DNA of 63,203 nt, counting the filler, from Globobulimina sp. (lineage: Eukaryota), in assembly GCA_003354225.1 (NCBI GenBank). It is 13 parts of 13 records of this genome, joined end to end, with 100 filler letters (N's around TTAATTAATTAA, not from the genome) between each part and the next. Parts side by side here need not be neighbours in the genome. Positions count along the whole stretch, not along the records: positions 53,579 to 58,341 come from PIVH01000940.1; positions 58,442 to 63,203 come from PIVH01000941.1; 11 more parts are not named here. One strand, 5' to 3'. Below the pieces are notes generated by a model that saw only the letters and a list, made by a program, of their open reading frames with translations, was not told where the DNA came from and made no database searches. This document shows, piece after piece, positions 53,579 to 62,482 of this stretch. Position numbers and translations under genes: made by a program. Numbering within the stretch: the stretch's first letter is position 1; each line of letters opens with the position of its first letter.

Positions 53579-54130
53579 CATCCATACAGACAAATTATGG
53601 CAATGGATATACCGAACAAAAACAGTGAGACAATACATTATGTCATGTTTAAACAGAAAAACAGAAACAGGGATTGGGTAGGGTTTATGAGAACAGATAC
53701 TAAAGGGGTAGAAAGAGGGATGGAACTGGTGCAGACCATGGAAGATATGGTTGATGAAGTAATGAAATATGGTATGGCATTGACATACAATTATCAAGTG
53801 TCCTTGTCCCCGGGGATAGATCCAAAAATTTGTGAATTTGACATGATTCTAACCTCAATATTAGAGAGTATGCCTCTGCCAAACCAACTCGTAGATGGTG
53901 CTAGTAAAGCCCGATTAGAAGAATTAGTGGACTCGGCATGTACCTACCCGCTTCATCTCGTTCCATACCAATATATGGATATATCAAAAGGTTGGTATGT
54001 CTGTATACATGGTCTTATTACTGCGATTCTCAGAGATTGGAAACAAACTCATAATATTGAATTATTAAACTCATTGCATAAAAGGGTGATAATGTATTGT
54101 AATGGAATGGGCGAATGTATCGGACAATAA
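53579..54130 (+). CDS. Hypothetical protein of the virus-like cassette (frame open to the contig start)
   Basis: 177-aa ORF; the stop codon overlaps AATAAA. Confidence 0.6.
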   Translation, partial: HPYRQIMAMDIPNKNSETIHYVMFKQKNRNRDWVGFMRTDTKGVERGMELVQTMEDMVDEVMKYGMALTYNYQVSLSPGIDPKICEFDMILTSILESMPLPNQLVDGASKARLEELVDSACTYPLHLVPYQYMDISKGWYVCIHGLITAILRDWKQTHNIELLNSLHKRVIMYCNGMGECIGQ

Positions 54131-54161
54131 AAATGAGTTTTATTTGTATGCAAAATAAATT

Positions 54162-54868
54162 TCAAGTTAGCATACCAATAATATCATCAGTAAGCACGTC
54201 AATAGGTTTAGATGCATCAAATACATATATTTGACCTCGTATCTTATTAGGTAGAAAAGAACCATTACAAGCCCATTCATTGTAAACTTTATTTATATCA
54301 GAAAGATAATTTTCAGATAAGCCAGATTCTTCGTTGCGCATGCGTAATTTGGAACGTTGAAACATTAACTGGGGTTCTGCTTTCAAGTAAACAATTGTGT
54401 CATAATCATTTAATTTGGAGTTAGCACTTTCGAGAGCCAAAAAGTTATTGTAAAGAATAGCATACTGACGCAAACTGAGCTGATTGTTTTCGAGAAACAA
54501 TTTCGAAAATACTTCTAAGCTAGAAACCGCTGTACGTTCGGTGAAAAAGAATTTGACACCTTCTTTTTCAGCTTGACTATATGCGTTGAAAAATGCTTGT
54601 GCGTAAGTGCTTAGAACCAAAAGTTGGAAATTGAAAATTTCCTTCTTTGGATTATTGTAAAACTCGTCCAGTGGTGACCATTCTTCCCCTCGAAAGGAGA
54701 ATTTTTGCCACAATTCAATTGGTTCAAGAAACACTTTAGAGTTTGGCATCTTCTGCTCAATACTATTGAGCAACGTGCTCTTACCTACCGCAATATTTCC
54801 TAGAAAAATAGAATCAATTTCATTTGTTTAATTAAACGAGACTTACCTTCAATACCAACCAGTTTCAT
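54162..54868 (-). CDS. Deoxynucleoside kinase (dCK/dGK/TK2 family); exons 54847-54868 and 54162-54799
   Basis: Spliced product MKLVGIEGNIAVGKSTLL; EPIELW, FNFQ, ERT, YLKA.P and R.RNEE lid motifs. Intron 54800-54846 reads GTAAGT...TTTTTCTAG. Confidence 0.92.
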
Positions 54869-54962
54869 TGCCTCTTCTGAAATGATTGAACGTGGAGATG
54901 CAGTGAGATGAACGTGTAGGGATGAGTGCTTCCTCTCCTACTTCCCTGGTGGTCAGTGTGTT
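54869..54962. promoter_or_regulatory. Putative bidirectional promoter between the two kinase genes
   Basis: 94-bp gap; TCAGT at 54953 (+) and TCATTT at 54880-54885 (-), each just before an ATG. Confidence 0.5.
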
Positions 54963-55628
54963 ATGGCTAAATTGTACACAATAGCGGGGGCTCCAGGTGT
55001 GGGTAAATCCCATGTTTTAAGTAAAATATCTCAACACTATAGCCCCGATTTAGTTTATGTTCAGATAAAACCAACGACACATTGGACTACATTAACAGAT
55101 GTCTGTACTGGTAAATCATTGAATATGTTAACAAACTTGTACAATGAAAAGTATTTTACTTTTAAATATCAAACTTTCATTCAGACAGAATTAGTAAAAC
55201 GGGTCAAAGACCTGATTGGGAAAAATACTAAAATTATTATAACTGAACGATCAATACTTGAGGCATTTTATGTTTTTGGAATTTTGTTTGAGAAAATTGG
55301 AAAAATCGACAGTATCGAACTGACGATACTTTATGAACAGTTTACCGCGTTGAAAAAACTATGTCCTGAAGCCTTCAACTACGCAGGAATGTTTTATTTG
55401 TCAGCTGATTTGAACACCATAGAAAACAGGGTACAAAAACGTAATCGCGAACAAGAAAAAAATATGGATTCAGCTTATCTCGCACAATTAATAAATAAAT
55501 ATGACGAATTTGCTCTAGACAGATATTCATTATTCCAAAATGTAGTGCATATAGATGCCGACCAAAGCTCAAATTCTGTTTTTACACAACTTTGTGTCTC
55601 TATAGATAATATAATGTCCGAATTATAA
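54963..55628 (+). CDS. Second, divergent deoxynucleoside-kinase-family protein
   Basis: IAGAPGVGKS P-loop, FKYQ, ERS, YLSAD and RVQKRNREQE..MDSAYL. Confidence 0.88.
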   Translation: MAKLYTIAGAPGVGKSHVLSKISQHYSPDLVYVQIKPTTHWTTLTDVCTGKSLNMLTNLYNEKYFTFKYQTFIQTELVKRVKDLIGKNTKIIITERSILEAFYVFGILFEKIGKIDSIELTILYEQFTALKKLCPEAFNYAGMFYLSADLNTIENRVQKRNREQEKNMDSAYLAQLINKYDEFALDRYSLFQNVVHIDADQSSNSVFTQLCVSIDNIMSEL

Positions 55629-56108
55629 AATATTCTGATAAATCAAAAATATCATTATAAGAGCAATCGCTCCGAAATGAATCCATTTAAAATTAAGTTT
55701 TGATTTTTTCATAAATGTTTGAAAACCGCCCCATCCGCCGTTATTGGAAAACCAGACTCCTGTTTCGTTGAAAATACTTTTTGAAAATTGTTCTTCTAAT
55801 TCTGAGAGATATTTTGGATTACCTTTGTTTAAATTTGCCATCTTGGCACAAAAAGCAAAATTTGAAACTAGACGACCATAGTTGATCGTTTTGTCCTTGA
55901 AAACGGCATTTATTGCTGCCGGAATCAAATGCAAAGGCAATTTTTTAGCATATGTTTCCAATATTGGGTCCTCTATTTCCATTATAGCGCCAGTTAGTGT
56001 TGGTAGAATATAGTGTTGATTATGAATTGGTTGTCCTGTTGCCCAGAGAATAGTTTGCCTAACAGCACATCTAATTTGAAACAAAGTCTCCCCCATATTG
56101 AAAACCAT
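55623..56108 (-). CDS. Bcl-2 family protein
   Basis: BH1-like VFKDKTINYGRLVSNFAF, BH2-like WFSNNGGWGGF and a C-terminal TM anchor WIHFGAIALIMIFLIY. Confidence 0.88.
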   Translation of the reverse strand: MVFNMGETLFQIRCAVRQTILWATGQPIHNQHYILPTLTGAIMEIEDPILETYAKKLPLHLIPAAINAVFKDKTINYGRLVSNFAFCAKMANLNKGNPKYLSELEEQFSKSIFNETGVWFSNNGGWGGFQTFMKKSKLNFKWIHFGAIALIMIFLIYQNIL

Positions 56109-56219
56109 GAACTGATAATGAGTCAGGAAAAGAGAAGGTAGAGTAGTGAAGATTTCGTCGTTCTTCTCATCTTTTACTACCTATTTACCTATTTGTCTTA
56201 GTCAGTTATTTCGATCGTT
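56109..56219. promoter_or_regulatory. Putative bidirectional promoter between the Bcl-2 gene and ORF 56220
   Basis: TCAGTT on the - strand (56110-56115) and on the + strand (56202-56207); purine-rich left half and pyrimidine-rich right half. Confidence 0.5.
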
Positions 56220-56762
56220 ATGGATGAGTCTTGTCTCAGTCTGAAATCTGCTTTTTTTAACCCCAGCAACATGTCTAATTATAACGACGATCAGTCGTGC
56301 TTTGAGAAAGATAATATCATGAAAACTGCTTTTATTGTGTTTTATATGGACGAATTGCGCCATACTCTCAAATGTTACATCTACGAATTCTGTAAAGCAT
56401 GCAATCAGGATATAGGTGGAAAAACAGCTGCAATCGATTATCCTCATACGTGCACCAAATATAGGACAATGCGCCAGGCCTACGACGAATATGGCAGCTT
56501 GTCCGTCAATGAAATCAACCAAGACAACAAAGCCAGGTGGAGAATTTGTAGAAAATGGTGGGATTTTATTTTTGATTTGCCCGATTGCAGCACAATAACT
56601 CATGAGGATGCAGTGAAATTCAGTCAAAAATGGGAGAATGATTACTTTACTGCTCTACAATGTGGTTGGGAATATGAATTTAATGAGGTCATGGGACAAT
56701 TCTATTGGTTTGTACCTAACCATCACATTGACGATGTCTTGAAACAGTTGTCGAAAATGTAA
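56220..56762 (+). CDS. Hypothetical protein with a CxxC...HxC putative metal-binding motif
   Basis: FCKACNQDIGGKTAAIDYPHTC; AATAAA downstream at about 56842. Confidence 0.65.
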   Translation: MDESCLSLKSAFFNPSNMSNYNDDQSCFEKDNIMKTAFIVFYMDELRHTLKCYIYEFCKACNQDIGGKTAAIDYPHTCTKYRTMRQAYDEYGSLSVNEINQDNKARWRICRKWWDFIFDLPDCSTITHEDAVKFSQKWENDYFTALQCGWEYEFNEVMGQFYWFVPNHHIDDVLKQLSKM

Positions 56763-56900
56763 TTTCGTTGTCATCTTTCCAATTATGTATTAAACTTAAA
56801 CGTACATACATGAAGAAGCATCAGACGCTCTTCTATCATATAATAAAAGTAATATTATGCTTCATTTGCACTTAAACCAAACTTATAAGACGGTTCAACC

Positions 56901-57215
56901 ATGAAAAAAATTAACGGTTACTCGCTTGCTGCTAAATTGTGCGAGTATTCCACACTGGTCGGAAGTGGATTGTCTTTTCCTATGTTGTGCAGAATATTCG
57001 GACCAATGTATTGGGAACACCTCCGCCCATTGGAAAAGCTATATTACAAAAGATTGGCAAACCAATACAAGCAATCAGTTTTGGGAATCGCAGAGAGAGC
57101 CGGACAGATACCAACTCGTTTTGAATTCTTGAATGCTATATTTGGAGACAGAATCCAGGAACAAAATCAAGTGTTGGATGAGCTCGAAAGTGTGATAATT
57201 GAACTAAATATGTAA
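56901..57215 (+). CDS. HMG-box-like protein
   Basis: KINGYSL...LCRIFGPMYWEHLRPLEKLYYKRLANQYK matches the HMG-box pattern W..L...EK..Y...A...K; AATAAA at 57274. Confidence 0.7.
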   Translation: MKKINGYSLAAKLCEYSTLVGSGLSFPMLCRIFGPMYWEHLRPLEKLYYKRLANQYKQSVLGIAERAGQIPTRFEFLNAIFGDRIQEQNQVLDELESVIIELNM

Positions 57216-57279
57216 AAAAGTTTTTCGATGATTGTAATACATACTTATTTTTACTGAATGAGGTAATATAATTAATAAA

Positions 57280-57501
57280 TCAATGCCCAGTCGAGCCAAA
57301 ACCAAAATTATTTCGATCCGTCTCATCAACAGAATCACACTCTAATACTTGAGCCATAAAAATCTGTTCCAAAATTATCTGAGCAATTCTGTCGTTTTTT
57401 ATAACATAATAATCTTCATTACTAAAATTGAACAGTAATATGGCCACATTGCCTCTGTAATCACCATCAATAACTCCTGCCCCGACATCTATGAAATGAT
57501 T
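57280..57501 (-). pseudogene. dut: 3' half of a trimeric dUTPase (motifs 3-5), cut off at a junction; not in the ORF track
   Basis: My translation: [73 protein letters not shown]. No start codon; motifs 1-2 are absent upstream. Confidence 0.95.
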
Positions 57502-57508
57502 ACAATAA

Positions 57509-58042
57509 TCATGAATTTGGCTGAATCAAGCCGTAGTGTCCATCTCTGCGTCGGTACAACACATTAATGCGGTCATCTCTGGCATTGGTAAATACCAGAA
57601 AATTATCTTCGATCAGATCCATTTGCAATACGGCTTCCTCAATATCCATTGGTTTATATTCGATATTGCGGATTTTGATCTGCCTTTCAGCATCTTCGTC
57701 CGGCAGAGTGTCAGCTTCTTCCAACATGGATAGACTGCGGTTTTTTGATGCCGACCGGCGTTCTCTTATTTTCTGTTTACTTTTTTTAATCTGTTTTTCG
57801 AGTTTATCAAGCGCCATGTCGATGGCCGAATACATGTCGTTGGTCTCTTCGCTGCCGATAATGGTAAGTTTATCACCGGCAATATTGATCTCTGCGATGT
57901 GTCGAAATTTTTCGACCGCCAGCACGACATTGGCTTCGGCCGGATTGTCGAGATATTTATCGAAACGATCTAATTTGTCACTCACGTAGGATTTTAGATG
58001 TTCAGAAGGATCAATATTCTTAAATGTGACGGATGTCTGCAT
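57509..58042 (-). CDS. hpf: Bacterial ribosome hibernation promoting factor (long HPF / sigma-54 modulation protein)
   Basis: [38 protein letters not shown] and [31 protein letters not shown]; follows rpoN; Shine-Dalgarno TAAGGAGGT overlaps the rpoN stop. Confidence 0.95.
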   Translation of the reverse strand: MQTSVTFKNIDPSEHLKSYVSDKLDRFDKYLDNPAEANVVLAVEKFRHIAEINIAGDKLTIIGSEETNDMYSAIDMALDKLEKQIKKSKQKIRERRSASKNRSLSMLEEADTLPDEDAERQIKIRNIEYKPMDIEEAVLQMDLIEDNFLVFTNARDDRINVLYRRRDGHYGLIQPNS

Positions 58043-58056
58043 CCTTTAAGACCTCC

Positions 58057-58341
58057 TTATAGTTGTTTGCGTTTATTGGATGGCAGTATTTTCAGCATCT
58101 CGCGATATTTAGCAACCGTTCTGCGCGCGATGTGAATCTCTTCTTCTTTCAAAATCCGGGCGATCTTATCATCGCTGTAAGGTTTTTGAGAATCCTCAGC
58201 CACAATGATTTGCCTGATCTTTTCCTGGACACTGGCAGAAGCAATGGCCCCGCCATGCTTGCGCCGAATCGAACTGTTAAAAAAATATTTTAATTCATAA
58301 ATACCCTGGGGGGTGAACGCATATTTGTTGGTCGTCACCCG
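58057..58341 (-). CDS. rpoN: Bacterial RNA polymerase sigma-54 factor, C-terminal fragment
   Basis: RpoN box ARRTVAKYRE; TPQGIYELKYFF and KPYSDDKI. Confidence 0.96.
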   Translation of the reverse strand, partial: RVTTNKYAFTPQGIYELKYFFNSSIRRKHGGAIASASVQEKIRQIIVAEDSQKPYSDDKIARILKEEEIHIARRTVAKYREMLKILPSNKRKQL

Positions 58342-58615
58342 NNNNNNNNNNNNNNNNNNNNNNNNNNNNNNNNNNNNNNNNNNNNTTAATTAATTAANNN
58401 NNNNNNNNNNNNNNNNNNNNNNNNNNNNNNNNNNNNNNNNNATCTCTACTCGATGTAAACAACAATTACAACATATTATTATGAACTAGTCATCATCAAC
58501 GGGAACGGAAAAAACGATTTTTCAAACCATGACATGGAACAAATGAACAGTATAAAACAAAGACAAACAAAAAAGCAGTAACTAATATACTGTATGTACA
58601 AATTACAAAAGTCTT

Positions 58616-60192
58616 TTATCTTTTGGTTTGCTTTCCCTTTCCAGCGGCAGTTATATGATGGAGCATTCCCTGCATTCCGCCGCCTTGAATGTTAATACGA
58701 GCAAATTGAGCCGTATACGCAAATCGATCATAGGATTTCTGTAATTCGCGATAAACTTCGTTGCCACATTCATCAAATACTTTTTGTAAATTTTCTAATA
58801 ATTGAATGAGTTTCTGTTGATCCTCGGCATCATCACTTGCTTGGCTCTCATTGAGCGGGTCTTGCTCCTCTAAAAATTCCGTCACATTCTCGCGAACATT
58901 GTCGGTGATGGCGGTCACATACAAGGACGAAGAGCCATCGATGTAGGTCTTGGATATGGCCCAGGCGTAATGGGTAAAGGTCCTTCGATAAATAAGGCGC
59001 GCCAATTGAGAGCCCACCTGACATTTAAATCCGTTACCCACTGTTTTCAATTTCTTCTCCCGCACAAATGCTTTTTTATACGCCATAATATCTGATAAAA
59101 AAAAGATATTTTCAACAGAAACTTCATTTACTAAATGTCGAATAAATTGAGTGGTTGCTTTGCGATCGCGGAGTGCTAAGGATAATGGCGGGGAGCCGGC
59201 GGGCAACTCGATGGGCGGCAAACCATTGACAGAGTCTAAGCCGACAGAATAGGTCTTCCTCATCACCCAATACGTCGATACAAAGCACATACATAAGACG
59301 CAGACAACGGACAATTCCACCAAAAAAAAACTCAACCATTCAAAACCCATTGCTGGCCCAAATATTATTAATATACCGCCGATTATAAACATTAAGGCAA
59401 ATATTCGAAACTCAAGTAATATTTCCTCTGTATTGTATTATTTATAATATAAATGTGGAATATTTGCGAATTTGCGTGTATAAATGTGGCGAATTGGAGA
59501 CGTGTACACTTTACTTAACGTCGAATAAAGAAGTTGTCATCCAATAAGGTAATATGTCGCGTGATGCCAATGGACACAATAACTGATAGGGCATAGATGA
59601 AAACCATTCCATACATAAATGTTTTTGCAGAAATGAGTGACCAGACTAACATAAAGAAATTAATTATTATTATCATAGCGAATGCAAAGCGAGTTAAATA
59701 TTTGGGTGATCCATAATTTCTTTTATTGTCTAAAAACCACTGTAAATGTTCTTTTTGATGCTCTTTTAAATCTGGGTTTGAGACTAAATTTGCTAATGCT
59801 ACACCGGAATGAAAATCAAAATGAACTAACCATGCTCTTATATATTATTAGTAATATTATATAATATGATATAATATTATTATTAAGGTACCATACCTCA
59901 AAAGAAATAATCCTAAAAATGTGGTGGCAAATAAATTATTTAAAAACCATCGAACAGCAAATGAAAATTCAAATAAATCTAAAATACCGCCACATAGTTG
60001 AATATTTCGTTCAACCAAAACAAATAAAATGCTCCAAATTAACGCATAATGCAATTGTTCAAAATGTCTCGCCGACCATTGAATTATATTTCTTTTTGGA
60101 TATACACTCCATAAAGCATGCACAATTAAATTTGCTATTATTACATTGAAAGCAAATCCTATCCATCCGAAAACTGTTTCTACTGAGGACAT
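58616..60192 (-). CDS. 7TM-RGS protein (multipass N-terminus plus regulator of G-protein signalling domain), about 3 exons
   Basis: TM-rich exons (59857..60192, about 59520-59630, and 59250-59430), then the RGS pattern FIRHLVNEVSVENIFFL...ISKTYI...SYDRFAYTAQF. Confidence 0.75.
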
Positions 60193-60365
60193 GCGTGTGC
60201 TTCACAGTTAACTTAATTTGTAAAGATTTTGACACTCCGACTCGCAAAAAGTCAGGCAAAATGACGAAGAGTATTAATTTGTTTTACAAAGTGCAAAAAA
60301 ACCGAACAGATCAACCAAGAAACAGTAATTAAAATGAATCATTAAATTAGTAAATGAGATATACT

Positions 60366-62421
60366 CTACATTATTTTCGGAGCGTAGGCACCGCCATATT
60401 CCACAATGGCAAAAGGAAACTTGCACCGGATTAACGACTGCAATTCTTCCGATTCAGAATGGTATTCATGTAATTCTGCCTCGGCCCAGACAGATAATTT
60501 GGTTATTTGTGGTCTATCTTTCTTTGTTGCTTTTAAACCATTATACAGATACATTGTAAATTGCTGCGGTGGCTTATCATTCTCATTCTCATTCTCATTC
60601 TCGTTGTCGTCATTTGGCTCTTTATCCTTTGCGTTTTTCTCCCTCTCAATAATAGGTGCATCACCTTTGTTATTTCCACATATATTACACATATTTGCAT
60701 CCATTTTATTCCAAAATGTACATTTTAAACAATTCCAGCCATAATTTTCTTGATTTTCTAACATTTTCCATATTCGTTCAAAATCACTCCACAAAATGAC
60801 TTGTCCGGTGTCAAAATATGGTTTTATTTGATATGCACTAAAATTTGATTTCAAATTTGTTAATAATTGCTGCAAATCATTTGTTTTTATAATACCGTGT
60901 TCTTCGACATCAAATATATTAAACTCGTGTCTTAATTGCTGCATTTTTTTATCATATTTGCTTATTTTGCTCACATTAATATTTAATGCAAATAATGTGG
61001 TATAATGTGAGGAGGAGCCAACAACCCATATTGGGTACGATGGACATTTATAATTATTTCCCACTTTGGCCAATCGCATAGCTTCTAAAGTGGTTAAAAA
61101 ACCAATCTCTTGATTTGCTTCGATGCCCCGCAAAATAAATGTATCTGCCCCCAACAATGACGCATCGCCTAAGGCTTTATTGCCGTCGTGGATATTTGTC
61201 ACGCATTTACCGGTTATCATCAAATTCACCAACTCTTGCGAACAATGACCGAATTCTGACAATATCAGAGGCTGCGTCTTATCGTCGACTTCGTCCAAAC
61301 ACACCGCCAACGATCGACTTAATAACACCGACAACACAAAGGAGATCACACCAATACGGGAGCGCAACAATGGCAATGTCGACACTATCAAAGCTCGTAA
61401 TTCGGCCTTGCCGTTTCTCACTATTTTTCTATAATATTTGTCACTCCATCGGTCAGCCGATACTATCCATGTTATATACGTCTCATCGATGGCGGCTTTA
61501 CAAACTATGTGAATCAATGCGCGGATTAATGCTTCTTCGCGTTGTTCATTGTTGGGTAATACGGGTATCTCCGACCCGTCATCCAATAGTATACCCATTG
61601 TGCTATCAAATAGCATCTCTTTCAGCATATATGCCTTAATTTAATTCATGTAATATTAATATTAATATTGCGAATAACCGTAAATATTTTATAGAACTGT
61701 ACCTGAACAGGTGCCATTACACCACATGGCCCGCCGTGAATTTGTAGCAACCCGAACCTTATGTTATTGTTATTGTTATTGTTGTTGTTGTTGTCGTCGT
61801 TGTCTTTTATGAATCCGAGTCCCTGCGAATACCATCGATCCATATCATTTGGTTTTGCTTTTGTTCCAAATAATATTAATAATAATTCATTTATTTCATT
61901 CTCTGCAATTAATTCGCCGTCTATTTTATTTTCATCTTCTTCCAAAACAAAGGCTGCGAATTCAAATTTATCATTTTCATCTACTTTTTCTTCTTTCTCT
62001 TCTTTGATTTCATTGTTTGCCATATTTATATCAATATCATTGCTGAATGCATACAATGTATAATTAATGCATACAATGTATACAATAAATAGAAGGACGT
62101 TATGGAACTTAACAGATCGTTGTTTTCAGTGTTTTCAGTGTTTGGATTGTGTTTGGGAGATGGTAATATTTCTAGGTCGCCATCGGGGTTTGAGTCTAAC
62201 ACTAAAAAATGACAATTTGTTGACAAATGAAGTTGACTCAATGTTTTATCGGTTTGTTGGGTATCAACATTGCCCATTTCTGCCATTAATTGTTGTCGTG
62301 ATGGTGGAATTCCAGATTTGCGTTGAATTGCTACCAGCAATGCAGACAATTTTGTGTGTCCCTCCATTTTGTCCAACTCAATATTCTCTCCATTGATAAT
62401 ACAGGTAAATTGGTAGGCCAT
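60366..62421 (-). CDS. MINDY3/4-family deubiquitinase with an N-terminal ubiquitin-like domain, an EF-hand-like region and a RanBP2-type zinc finger, 3 exons
   Basis: GLLQIHGGPCGVMAPVQ (catalytic Cys), GHCSQELVNLMITG, PIWVVGSSSHYTTLF (catalytic His), WNCLKCTFWN...CNICG and Ubl-like SGIPPSRQQL. GT-AG introns restore the frame. Confidence 0.85.
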
Positions 62422-62482
62422 GCTCAAGTGACAATTGCTTATTGCTCAGTCAGTCAGTCCATGTTAATTTAGTAACTCAACC

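Noticed and set aside
53579-58341. Prophage integrated next to rpoN-hpf
   Set aside because: A spliceosomal intron, AATAAA signals, Bcl-2 and HMG genes and no obvious Shine-Dalgarno sites argue against a phage; no integrase or att site is visible and the junction cuts a gene.
57509-58341. Horizontal transfer of rpoN-hpf into the protist or the virus
   Set aside because: Intact bacterial operon signals and a sharp breakpoint fit a chimera with a co-sampled bacterium better; read data are needed to say more.
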